A DNA stretch of 64,000 nucleotides from Epiperipatus broadwayi (lineage: Eukaryota > Animalia > Onychophora), in assembly GCA_028023455.1 (NCBI GenBank), contig JAQFVV010000001.1:2604001-2668000 (forward strand), written 5' to 3'. Of the stretch, positions 12,676 through 27,954 are shown piece by piece. A program made the translations under genes and the position numbers. Position 1 is the first letter of the stretch, and each line of letters starts with the position of its first letter. Below the pieces are notes generated by a model that was given only the letters and a program-made list of their open reading frames with translations, made no database searches and was not told the DNA's origin.

Positions 12676-12719
12676 ACCAATATATGCATTTTGTGCTGAA
12701 CCAGCACTCATCAGTTGGT
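12676..12719 (-). ncRNA. Hammerhead ribozyme (minimal type I), degenerate: G12 lost (AGCAC-AAAA)
   Basis: Minus strand ACCAA-CTGATGA-GTGCT-GGTTC-AGCAC-AAAA-TGCATATA-TTGGT. Confidence 0.7.
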
Positions 12720-12910
12720 CCAGATTATCATCTCCCACACACATATATAATCAGTGCTCAGTTTATATAAAGATAGCAAATCTTCATACTTTAAAATGGA
12801 CAGGCTTCAGTTTACTCCAACCACCAACTTTTCAGCCATCCATACCATTGAAAATCTAATGATGGAAAGCCCCAATCCCATACTGATACCAATATAAACT
12901 GAGCACTGAT

Positions 12911-12944
<34 letters not shown>

Positions 12945-12960
12945 GGAGGTGATAATCTGG

Positions 12961-13004
12961 ACTAACTGATGAGTGCTGGTTCAGCATGAAATACATATAT
13001 TGGT
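12961..13004 (+). ncRNA. Hammerhead ribozyme (minimal type I), core essentially intact
   Basis: ACTAA-CTGATGA-GTGCT-GGTTC-AGCAT-GAAA-TACATATA-TTGGT: 5-bp stem I, CUGAUGA, 5-bp stem II, GAAA, short helix III, predicted AUA cleavage triplet. Confidence 0.8.
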
Positions 13005-14816
13005 GATTATTTATCTTTTCTGCATGTATGTAGTCGTGAGTATCAGTGGTAAAAGATAGTGTGGGTAGTTGAAGGGTTCTTGACAGTCTGAGTTAAAAAA
13101 ACTCATATTTACAATTAAGCTCCAGATATACAAAGAATGCCTGTATTTCAAATATTTATCAATATTTATACAGATATATTATAAAAGTGAATATGTAAAA
13201 ACAAAAAGAGGATACAAAAAAGACAGATTAGTGTTGTTAGTTGTCTTTTGGAATAACAGCTATGCTCATTTAAAGGAAAGAACCACTATAAAAATTAGAA
13301 AATAATATAGTTTTATTTATTTATTTTTTGTATATGAGTAGCTATTATCAATGAATTCTGGTATTATTTTTTATATATTTTAACGATTAGTGTGTTTATA
13401 ATCAATATAAATACATATCAACACATTTTTCATAAAAACAAAATGCTTAAAATCTATATTGATTTCTATTTTTACAATAGCAAGTATGTTTTAGATATTT
13501 AAAATTATAGTCTTTCTTCAAATGAAATCCTTAATGTTTACATTCTTTTTATTTTTGAACTGATTTTGATCAAACATAAGTGAAACTGCACTTGACCATT
13601 TAATATCTGAATAGGAGAACTTTTTAACTGGTATTTGGTATAAATTTACTGAATCAGGTCATTATTGCTTAAGTGCTTAAGAAAAGATTTTACAAATTAT
13701 TTTTAACCCCTTTTACAAAACCTCTCTACCTTTTAAAATTAATAAGTTTCTTCTTAAGTTTATATATATATATTTTTTAAATTGTATTTCTTTTTCTTCA
13801 TTTTTAGAAATAATATCTAATACATCTCTCATTATTCTTTTTATTTTTTTAAAACATTTTTAACTTATGTATCCTGCTATATTTCCTCTTTTTTAAATTG
13901 TCTATCGCAAGTGCTTACAATTTCTTTTCTCTCTAGTTTTCTTCTCTATTTTGTTTAATAATACAAATTTTTATTCTACATTGGATTATAATCTACACAA
14001 AATATTTTGTATGTTAAGTTCTCTATCTAAAGATTGATCGATACAACCAAGCTCACAGAATAAATATTTTAAATTATAATTTAAAAGCCCAGTTAGCTAT
14101 TATTTTATTCAGCACTTATAAATAATGCTGTCAAAGTAAAGCTTATTAAATCTAATTTGATGGTTTCAAAACTTTTTTATATCTGAAATTCAACTTTATA
14201 CTCAAGAAGCTATATTTTTGAAACCCAGTAAACAAAAAAATGTATTTTTATTTTAATGAAAACTTATTTCATAGATTTGAAACATAATAATTACAAATAT
14301 TTATTTAATATCATTTTTATGATAGTGAGTCCTATAATTGAGTTTAGGGTATAGTATTTATTTTTGTTATGCATTTATGTATTTAAATTACAGACTTCAG
14401 TTTTTAAAATATTATTATTCATTGCATGTAAATTTATAAAAACGCAAGGTCGAAGGATAGTCGTCTTATTTCTATTACATAGATGGTTTATGCTATATAA
14501 ATGAACTATTTATTATTTGTAAGAATAGGAAATGGTAATCATAATGTGCGTTTAATAAATTTATAATTACAACTTTAAATTACTGTAATAGATTTCTAAC
14601 TATAAAATCTTTCCATTGACTCATTGTAAATTGAAAGATTTCGTGAGTATTAATGTGTAATAAGAAATGTGGACTTAATCAGTGAAGTATTGAATAGCTT
14701 CATGCTCGCACATCTAACCACTTCAGCTTCACTTACTTAAATAGAAAGTAGGTTGAAGTAAAGAAGGGTTCCCCTCTTTTCTTCCATAGCGTAAGCTTGT
14801 GATTAAACACCTGTAG

Positions 14817-14922
14817 AGGTCCCTACTATCGCATTTTACATGCATATTCTCGAGGTTACAGTCTCTGTAAATATTAGTTATGTAATCAATGTGTGTTTAA
14901 TAAATTTATAATTATTTATTAT
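14817..14922 (+). repeat. Dispersed ~110-bp repeat, copy 2
   Basis: Aligns with 9369-9478. Confidence 0.8.
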
Positions 14923-15314
14923 AGTAAAATTCAAAATTCGCTACTTATTTCTAATTGCAGGTGGTTAAAAATGAGATTCTATCTCTCTCCCACTATAGAA
15001 TGAATAAGTTTACAAAATTCATTTATTAAATTATAATTCAGGTACACAATAGGTTAAAGCACTGATTTCAGCATGATGAGCAAAGGTTGGCTTATGTAAT
15101 GATAAGCTCTAAGCATAAGTGGTCCACTTATGGCTTTTAAATTAATGTTCATGGTTGAATGTATGTAAATTTATAAAAGGACAAGTTATTTATTGTTGTA
15201 ATTTAGATTACATTTTTTTTTTTTTTAGGTTTTATATTTAAAATCTGTAGTATTATAAAAGTCATTTTTATATTATTATCACCAAAAACTAGAGAGGATT
15301 CTTAAATGATATAT

Positions 15315-15404
15315 ATTTTTGTATGTGTCAAATATGTTGACTGGGAAGCAAACCCAGGCCAGCTGCTTGGAAAGCAGCTATGCTAACCACTAGGCCACCA
15401 ACAC
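15315..15404 (-). mobile_element. tRNA-Gly(TCC)-derived retrocopy or short SINE, copy 2 (CpG-decayed pseudogene)
   Basis: Minus strand 15404-15334 reads GTGTTGGTGGCCTAGTGGTTAGCATAGCTGCTTTCCAAGCAGCTGGCCTGGGTTTGCTTCCCAGTCAACAT with TCC anticodon; tail TTTGACACATACAAAAA resembles copy 1. Confidence 0.8.
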
Positions 15405-18400
15405 TTGACTTCTTACATAATATTTTTCATATTTAAATGATAAAAATGTGAAAATATTACACAACAGAATTTTAGTTAACATGTATATTTGTATGTAAAA
15501 TAATTTACTGGAAAGCATGTTTTGTGTCTCAGAAGGTTTATCACAAGGGATGCCTTTTCAAGTAATAAAAAAATACTTTATCATCATTGGTGATAACTTG
15601 TCATTATTTAGGAAATGTAAGGAAGAATTTTTGATTGGATTTTTATAATTTGTAATGCATTTGGTGATAAAAAAAATTTTTTTTTTAATGTAAGGTAATA
15701 TTATTTTCATTGTTGTGTATTTTCTTTTGCATAGGTTATTATTTTTCCACCCACAATATTTTATATGGGGATTTATTAATTTTAAATTTTGAACAATTTG
15801 TTGATTAACATAATTTAATCTTAATGCTCAAAAAATATCTATTTAATATATTATGGCAAAATATCATCATAGCATTATTATCACACTTTTTTTAAAAGCC
15901 CTATGATGTTTAATGTGATAATTAAGAATACTAGACATTTGAAGTTAAATATTACCAAATCAGTTCTTAATGGAGGAAAGTAAAAAGAGAAATTCCAGTT
16001 TAATTAATTGAATGGAATTTTTGATGCTTTAACATTATTTGGCTTTCCAAACAACTGATCAGATTTTTTTGAATCACTAAACTTGTTATTGAGAGGAAGT
16101 ATGCCTATATATCATTAATTTGCATAACTGTGAATAAGTAATCTGAAACTACTGCTTTATAATGTACCTTGAATTTAGGATATTTGTTTTCAATTGCACA
16201 ATTGCTCATTTCTTAACATATATCAATTAATAGTACTATCCTATTATTTCTATAATTAATGCTTCTTATTAAGAATTTTTATCATGGACAATATTATAGT
16301 TTATTGGTATTAACTGTGTCAAATCATATTATGGTTTAACTTTTTTTTTTTTAATTCACCACCTATTTACATATTTAATTTATTTGGCTGCTAGAAAAAC
16401 TAAAAAAAATTGATTTAGTTTGCATTCCCTTTTTTAAAAACAGTATTCAAAATATATTAATCATTGCAAAAAATAAATTTCCATTTTCAATAAACCTTTT
16501 CAAATTTTAGAATTGTTAAAAACATTTTATTTATATTTGCACAAAATAATTATTATAGGGATAACATCAATTTTGTTTCTGACAGTGATTTTTTATCATC
16601 TTTCAAATTTATAATGGCATTTATAATTTTTTATAATCTTTGTATTGTCATGCATATGTATATAACTTTTTTTTTTTTTACGTTGTATAATTTGACCTCA
16701 TGCCAAGCTTGGCTGGATATGTCATTTTGTTAGAAAGCATTCTTCAGGTGTACGACTGGCACCTGCATTAGCATCACTTAGTGAATGATAGTGTGAACCA
16801 GGGTTACAACAATTTGTTTTCAAGTTTTGAGTGTACAATTTTTATAACATGGTCAGCTAGGGGGGGTTATTTAATTTCATTTTACATATACTTTATGGTA
16901 ATTTTATATTTAAGCAAAATTTTAACAGAAATATATTAATATATATTAAAATTTAAATAATATTTTTAAATTAACAATTAAAATTTATAAAAATTTTCAT
17001 ATTTAATAAAAAAATAACAAGGAAGAGAGAGAAAAAACTGTTGAACATTATCACTATAAAGACAAATTGTCTTACAAAAAATACAATAGGACAAGAGTCT
17101 CTTCAACCTCCCCCAAAAAAAGAATAATGAAGGAGAAGACTATATTTACCAAACATTCCAGATGTTTTTCAATTCTTGTTTTATCCTCTAGCTAATAATA
17201 CCTAGATACCCATTTACCAATCATTTTTGATGTTAACTAGGTTTTTATGGGCTAGATAACTGAAATATTCTGACTGTTTAGAACATATAAAAATTATTCA
17301 CATTTTATCTAGGTCACATTTGAACTTTAGATCACTGGACATGACAGATGAATATTCTACCTTTGTTTTACAATATATATATATATGTGTGTGCGCGCGC
17401 GCATGCGTGCATACATTTTCTTGTATATATGTCAAAAATATATATTATTAAAATATAGATTTCATACATTTAAAAGTACAAGAAATAGTATTTTTTAATT
17501 ATTTCTCATGATTTTAAAGTTGTAAAAAAATTTTTTTCTAGAAATGATGGATAAAATAAGCCACTTCTGTGCACAGCTTAGTGTAGGAAGCTCTAAATTT
17601 GAGATGCTAGAATAAACTTTGTTAAGGGAGTGGCAGTCATATACAAGATATCTTTTTTTTGTAATGATAGAATAGTAAATTCTGGAGGGTAATATCAGAA
17701 TTATAGTTCAGATTTATTATTTCCAGTGCTTAAACTTTTTATAAATTCCTGAACAATAAAACTATTAGATTATTTATGCGCCTTTTTCTTTTATTATTTG
17801 AGAAGTAATGACATCTCTTTTTCAATTATAGAAATCACATTGAAAGCAGTGAGTGAAATAAAAACTGTAGGTGCTTAAATTTTTAAGCCATTGATATTTA
17901 GTTTCTGCTAGTAAAAAGTGGCAGCTCAGAGGAGTATTGGGAAAATCCAGCACCATCTATCAGACAAAATACAAATTACTAAAAATTTGTTATAAAAATA
18001 TGATTGTATTAATTTATATAATGTCCATTGTCCTCTGCAGTTTGGAGCAGTGAGAAAACAGCATACTCCAAAGCTCAAGTTCCATATACCATGGTCCAGT
18101 TCTGTCTCTTTTGTCATCAAATTTCTTATGAATTCCAATAATATCTATTATACTTATTTTAGAATACAATAGAAGTGTGTGCATTTTTAAAAATATTGCC
18201 TATTTTAGCATTAAATGTATGCAAATAATAAGTAAATAACTTAGATTATATGCAATTGAAACTTTCAATGAGTTATATAATGTTTGCAATCTTATTACAA
18301 TTATCCATCAGTCCAGAAGTTGCAAATGTGTTATAACTTGGAAACTTCAGTTACTTCCAGTTCAGTTACATTAAATGTATATTTTTAAAGAACATATCTG

Positions 18401-20148
18401 AAATTGGTTTCAGTTATTATATCCGATTGAAATTTTTATTCATGAGATTAGGATTTCCCTTTAACTATTATAAACTTTTGCTTTAATAATCATAGGAACA
18501 AAAAACAACATTATAGTAAAAAAGTAAGTATTTAATTTGAAGGTTGATTGACTAACATTGTTTTATAAAACAATAACTATTGGAAAAAATAAATAAATAT
18601 CTCAACCAAATAATGAAATATATATAAAGACGAATCATAATTCAAATTTATTTTGAATTTAAATAAAATTTTATGAATTGTCTTAATATTATTTTGTTTG
18701 TAATGATGTAGCTCTAAAGTATTAGAGTTATTATTAAAGTTTACAATGTAGTTTTACATCAAAAAATATTAAATTATAATAAAGGGATGGCATACTTGAT
18801 TAGTTTTATCTATTACCTAGACGTCCCAAATGACAAATTTAAATCTGTGCTCAAAGTCTCATAATCATAAGTCATTTGTATTGAAGTAGATTTAATGCCT
18901 TCTGTAAACTTATTTTCCATTCATGTTTATCTTTTTTTTAAAATAAATATGATAACCCATTTTTTAAGATCATTTAAATAATCTTTTTCTATCACTTAGT
19001 ATTATCTTTTTTTCGTTCAAATATCTGAATTTAAGATTATCATTAATTCAATTTTTTTAAAATATCATCAATGATAATTCTTTTTTTTTTAAAAACCCCC
19101 GTTTGTGTTCTTAATCATATTGACACAGCTTTTCTTTATATTGTCTACTACATTCCCATTGCAAATATTTTGAAAGTCTTTTTTTATATTTTTTGATAGA
19201 TTTACTTTACATTTATATAATGCTATTTTCCTATGAAACATCTTCCTATCATCTACATATTCACATTGAGTGATAATATAGCTTGCATAGTATACATGAA
19301 TGAAATTAAGATATTTTTAGCAACAACAACAACAACAACAAATTTCTACATTAATTAAAATTGTAAGTGAATATACATATTCTTATAAATTTGAATCTAA
19401 CCTAGATAAATCATGTGCATGATATATATGTACAGATAAAGTATAAAAAAAACATTTCAGGGTAAGTCAGCAACATATTTAGGATTTTCATTTGCATGAG
19501 TAAACATTTCTATGAGAAAATAGATATGGTACGTGTAGCAGAACAAATATCATTCTTTCAAAAGCTTATCTCTCATTATTTTTAAAGTAGCTTTTATACG
19601 TCATCATAAAGATCACATATTACTCACCAATTATAATCTTCATAAAATCGTTCATATTAAAGATCTATGCATTGTGTAATAAACTCTTATAGGGAAGAAA
19701 AACAGTGGCTATTTCACTCACAAAATTACAAACTTATAATACTCAAACAGCTCTGGGGTATGCTCAATTTATGTTTATATGATGTAAAGAACATTTAACC
19801 TAATATCATCCATATTAAGACTATACCCATATTTCAAAACAACATTCAAAATAACACCAACAGATAAACCTTCCCCATATACAAAATACTTGCATACAAT
19901 CTTAGCACCTATTGACCTAATGTGGTAACATAAAAAAACAATTTTACCACTAAACAAATGACCCTATTGGAAAATCCATAACTCTCCAATGATTGCATAA
20001 TAACAAACAACTTATATAGATTTAAGTACTGAACTCTTGAGCCCCAATTTTTTTATTTTCTACTCAAAATAAACATATGGTCATTGACTATTTTATATTT
20101 CATTATATATATATATTACAAATCGATGTCTGTATTTCTTCAAAATAA

Positions 20149-20315
20149 TATACGTAACTTTATAAATAAATATTTGAAAATACAGTAATTAAGTCTATAA
20201 AAATTATATAAAGCTACAAGGTAGTGAAAGCGCTTCTAAGTTATAGTTATACATATAATTTTTATAAACTTTTAATTACTGTATTTTCAAATATTTATTT
20301 ATAAAGTTATATATA
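20149..20315. mobile_element. MITE-like fold-back element, ~60-bp AT-rich inverted arms
   Basis: TAACTTTATAAATAAATATTTGAAAATACAGTAATTAA..TATAAAAATTATAT versus its reverse complement at ~20253-20309; ~40-nt spacer; TA-rich flanks. Confidence 0.75.
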
Positions 20316-20321
20316 TATCAT

Positions 20322-20700
20322 AAGGAAGTAAATTAATCTTCAAACATGCACTATTAGGTTAATATACACTCTCCTCTCAATAAATGTTTTGAAAGCATAA
20401 GTGAATATGCTTAGAATTTATTCTTACTGACTATGCTTAAATCAGGACTTGATCTTATTATGTGCCTGATATTTCAATCAACAAATTATTGTACAAATGT
20501 AGTTAATTTCTGAAGAGAAATTTTCTTATTTTTAACTATCTGCATTTTTGAAATTTATTAGTTTGAATGTCTGTTAATAAATATATTAGTGATTTCTATG
20601 TATGTAATCATGAGGAAGGAAATTAATCTTTAAACATGCGCTATTAGATTGGTATTAAATTTACATGTACTCACTCATCAATAAGTGTTTTAAGAGAAAC
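20322..20700 (+). repeat. Imperfect ~80-bp direct repeat (~20322-20400 and ~20610-20700)
   Basis: AGGAAGTAAATTAATCTTCAAACATGCACTATTAG versus AGGAAGGAAATTAATCTTTAAACATGCGCTATTAG. Confidence 0.7.
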
Positions 20701-21268
20701 CCGGTCAAAATGGACACTATATGTAAATTGTGTCACAGGAAAAAAGAGAATTATATACATGTTTTGATTGCGTATTGGAGACTTGGTCGTACATGACAAA
20801 AATAATAGTACAATTCTTACAATTTTAGTCATTTTAAAGGTTTACTTTGCTGAAAGAAGAAGTACCACATTCACACTTTCTCCTTTGTAGTGCATAAGAT
20901 GTATTTTTCTTTATAACAATAATACTAGAAGACATTCCACTCACAATAAAACAGAAACAAAAAACTACCCACTCACAGACATATTTGCAAAGACAATATT
21001 TCTTACACAACAATATTCCAAACTATATTAAGATATACCTAACTTGTTCCTTAATTAAATGTAAATATACATTGAATAATAATATCCAAATATTGAATAA
21101 TAATGATATGGTCTGTTACCAATATATATAGTGGATTTTTTATTATTATTTTCAATCTAATATATTTTGCTAATTGTTCTAATTCAGATTTTATCCAATT
21201 GTAGCGATTGTAATTTTGTTTATATATATAAAACTGGAATATTCCATGCAAATAAAGTTACTTTTGAA

Positions 21269-21270
<2 letters not shown>

Positions 21271-21303
<33 letters not shown>

Positions 21304-21313
21304 GTTGTTGTTG

Positions 21314-21404
<91 letters not shown>

Positions 21405-21418
21405 CATCATCATCATCA
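21271..21418. repeat. Compound trinucleotide microsatellite (ATA)n-(GTT)n-(ATT)n-(CAT)n
   Basis: Direct reading; explains the poly-N and poly-Y ORFs in the track. Confidence 0.97.
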
Positions 21419-22391
21419 GAAAAATATAGTTCTTTCTTGATTATTATGAACAAATGAAATCAAAATAATTTTTGTTTCCTTTAAAATTTTTGCTATAACA
21501 TTATTAATGTCTATAAGAGAGATAAGGCCGTTGTATCATTTGAAAACTTTTGATCGAAAATAGAACCTTGTTGTTCTGCTTTTTGTTGCAAGGTTCTCAA
21601 AAGACTCAAATGCCACAGACAGAGAATATTTTTTTCCAGAAGTGAATAATTGATGTTTTGATGAAATTTTAATTAAATTCCTCAGGAGTAATATTTTCAG
21701 GTGAGTTGTTATAATTACTTCTAAAATTAGAAAAAAAAAAAAGTGAGCCATTTACAATTTTTTCATTTTATCGCAATTTTGGCTGGCCTCATCGATGGAG
21801 ATTTTTCTTATAATTAATCTTTTAAATATTTGTAATAACCTGATCCATTTTGATCTGACCATGAGAAATTCTTCCCATTGAAGACTTCTATACAATGTTT
21901 TCTATAATCTATTTCAATATATATTAAAACAAGATATAAATTATTATCCTGTACTACATCTGTAACCATTTTTATCTTTTCTGAATATAAATTATTGTTG
22001 TAACTTATACCTTTTTGTTTTTGTACAAACACTTTTCCCAAACATATAAACTACACACATATTCTTTTTTTTGTCTACAATTGTGTGGGAAGTCTTTAAT
22101 TTACATAAGATGGAATTTTCTTTCAAATGCTTGTTTACTGCAGTGCACAGAACATTGACACCATGGGGAATTTTTAAGCAAGGGTGCTTTATTACAGTAT
22201 CACCACCAAAAATAAGCAAGTAAAACAAATAGAGCATTTCTAATATCCTTACCACACAGCTATTTTATTTTTTTATATTTAAAAGATCTAATGTATTTTT
22301 TAGTTTTACTAACTGTTGTTTGACAAATATTATCTGGAGTAGATCAGCCTTTACATTTTTTTTAAATTTTTTTTTGTGAAATGACAATTGG

Positions 22392-25200
<2,809 letters not shown>

Positions 25201-26507
25201 CTCCACATCCCTCCAATAACAGTACAAACACCATAAGGCCCAATCCCAATTCAAGCCCATGATATTAATGTTACATATTAAGTGTTAGAATTAGATAGTG
25301 TTAGGATACATAAACTAACAAATCAGTTATCACAAACTAAAATTTAAAGCTAAATATAAATAAACATTAAAACAAATGTTAAACCTAACCAGTCAAATGG
25401 ATGTCATGACATACAATAAATCAGATGAATGAACTTAATTTTTTAAAAAAAAAACGTATTAATATATATAATATTAAAGTAAAGAAAAACTCAATGTTTT
25501 TTTTATCTTTTCTTATGATTTTGTTTTAACAAATTGTTTATGTTAATACTTAGTCAAAGATAATGTCAACCATAATATAAAAGGATTAGCATGAACTGAC
25601 TTAACATATATGTAAAAGGAATATTCAACAAACTTTTTTTCAAGGAGGAAAAAATATTCTACCTGAGTAAAAAAAAAATATCATTCTCTGTATAAAGGAG
25701 TTAAAAGAAAAATATGAAGGTTTGTGTCAATCAATTTAAACTCACAATATTGCTGAAGAAATCTTTTACAAGGATTTTAGAAAATGAGTAAAAAAAAGTT
25801 TAGTTCTAAACATCTAAGCAAATGGTTCGTGAATTAATAATTTATGAACAGAATAAAGCATTTGATTCATTAAAAAAAAAAAAAAAAAACACTATTGCTT
25901 TCTCAGTATAAATTTTTGGATTTAAATCTGACACATGCAGTAGTAGAAGAATATTGATGTTTCTCCAACTTACATAAACTACACAATATTATATAAATAT
26001 TGACTAAAATAATTATGCATTGCTGAAAACAAGGAGAATGTAATGGAAGAAAAATCATCATCCATGGAGTTAGAAATTGCCAAGACCAATATGGGATTGT
26101 CCTATCTTTCCATGCCTGGATTAATAAATATCAAAATGATCAATCATGAATTCTTTCTTTTTACATCTCATTCCAAAACTGCTGTTCAAAAGCTAATAAA
26201 GTCAACAAATCCACCAGATGTTCGAATTCTTAACTGTGCTTAAAGAAACTTCCATGGATTATAAGAATAAACTATCAGAACATTATCCATACGAACTGTA
26301 AAATCCATTTATAAAGTTGATGTCATTAATAATTAATTGTTTGTATGTTATATATAATAATTTATTTTTGTATTTTAAAATAGGACCAAGTAACTTGAAT
26401 TTAAAATTTATGAAATTAATAATAAAGGTAATTTATGAGGTACAACCTTAATTATGAAATAATCTGATCATTATAAATGGGACAAGGTAAGATGCTAATA
26501 TATATAT

Positions 26508-27954
26508 TGTAACGTTTATTTATATACGTTACAAATATATTGGCATTTGGTAAAAGCTAAAAAAGTAAATTTAGATTTTTTTTTGATTAGTATAATTTTT
26601 GTTAAAACGTGCAATGAAAGTTAAAATTGTCATTCTTATTTTTTTTTATCTAATTGGAAAGAATAAATGACATACAGATTACTAATCCAGATAAATAAAA
26701 AGAATTCCAAAAGTATAAGCTAAAAGAAAAATATTTTAGCTAATTAAAGATGGAAGAATAATGCTAAAAAAAAAGAGAACTTTGTAACTTAAATTTAAGA
26801 GAGAGTGTATAAGATTATTATCTTATATGCTGATAGAAAGACAAAAGAGTGCGCAGAAGTTCAAAAAATGGGGCGATATAAAAGGAGATGACAACTTCAA
26901 TCGGGTCTTCTCTTTAACTTCTAGTTACGTCTCTGAAAGTTGGAGGTTTCCACAAGCATAACCTGTGGCAAGAAATATACTTCTACACAGGTATGCCCCT
27001 TGCTGTACCAAGCTGTCACGTAAGCATGGAAACGGGACTTGGGAAGACCGCTTTTTGCAATAAAAGGGTCACTACAACCGTGCCTTTTCTCCAGCTATAG
27101 AACGGAACAATAATGGAAGACGCCGGCAGGAGAGACCAATGGAAATTCTCATGATCTGGGATCCCATAAACCTACATGAACTTACCGGTAAGTTAAGAAT
27201 AAATTTTCCTGATAGTGACTTAAAAGTTTGCAAACAATTATTTATCTAGGCTTAGACTACCATCCTGATATAGACTTTTCTTTTCATATTCAAGAGACTT
27301 TCTAATAAAGAAGTTATACAAGATCTTGGGACATTATTAAATCGCTTTAATTGCTTAATCTCACTGTTTTTGTTAATCGATTCAGTATCTGGATTAGTGT
27401 GTGTGTACTTTCCTGTGTAGTTAGTATGTAATTTAACTTATAAATATTTTAGTTTGATAGAATAAAAGAGATTTTACTTTTATCAACCTTTTCATTGTGC
27501 GTTATTGATAATGGTTATTATTTTTTATTATTAAATCTATTAGTAAATAAGATTTAAAAATTTAAGTTACCTTTGCCAATATGTTTCAATACTCCCAGGA
27601 CTAATAATCATAAAAATCATTAATTCTCATTACGGTAGAATTACCGCCCCTTAAAAAAAATATATATAATAAAAATCTTTTTATTTTTTTTTGTTTTACA
27701 ACTTGCGAGAGGTGCTGGCGACATATTTCAGCGGATTCTTAGGAATCCTGGCACCCATATGAAATAAAATTAAAAGTTGATTTTGTCAATAGCACAATTC
27801 TTAACAATTAATAGGCTGAAGTTGGTCAGGAAAAATAGCTGTGTTTTTAGAATAGAAATACAACTTTCTTTTTTCTTTTGATACAGCTTGATCAACTCAC
27901 GCTCAAATATAAATTTGAGGCGTATAAGGGCCTAGTAATACGAAAAACATTACA
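26508..27954 (+). mobile_element. Solo LTR (~1.45 kb) inserted in a (TA)n tract, ATAT TSD
   Basis: TGTAACG...CATTACA termini; ATAT at 26504-26507 and 27955-27958; TATAAAAG at 26877-26884; AATAAA at 27304 and 27461; CpG retained. Confidence 0.75.

Larger units (their letters stand above)
12575..13094. mobile_element. Fold-back (head-to-head) pair of an HHR-bearing PLE pLTR-like repeat, locus 1
   Basis: Arms ~12586-12767 and ~12891-13094 are reverse complements (~180 bp); same family at 34.2-34.8 and 49.2-50.3 kb. Confidence 0.85.

Noticed and set aside
15061-15135. ATGATGA (box C-like) with two small hairpins including CATAAGTGG-T-CCACTTATG
   Set aside because: No box D CTGA at a suitable distance and no GAAA for an HHR.
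16715-16775. Minus-strand CACCTGAAGAATGC...AAAATGAC resembling a decayed HHR
   Set aside because: Needs four or more substitutions and has no stem I.
17926-18138. GC-richer island with short open frames on both strands
   Set aside because: No recognisable motif or usable splice-site pair; probably an old TE fragment.
21216-21453. ORFs with poly-N, poly-Y, poly-D and poly-H runs
   Set aside because: Translation of a trinucleotide microsatellite, not a gene.
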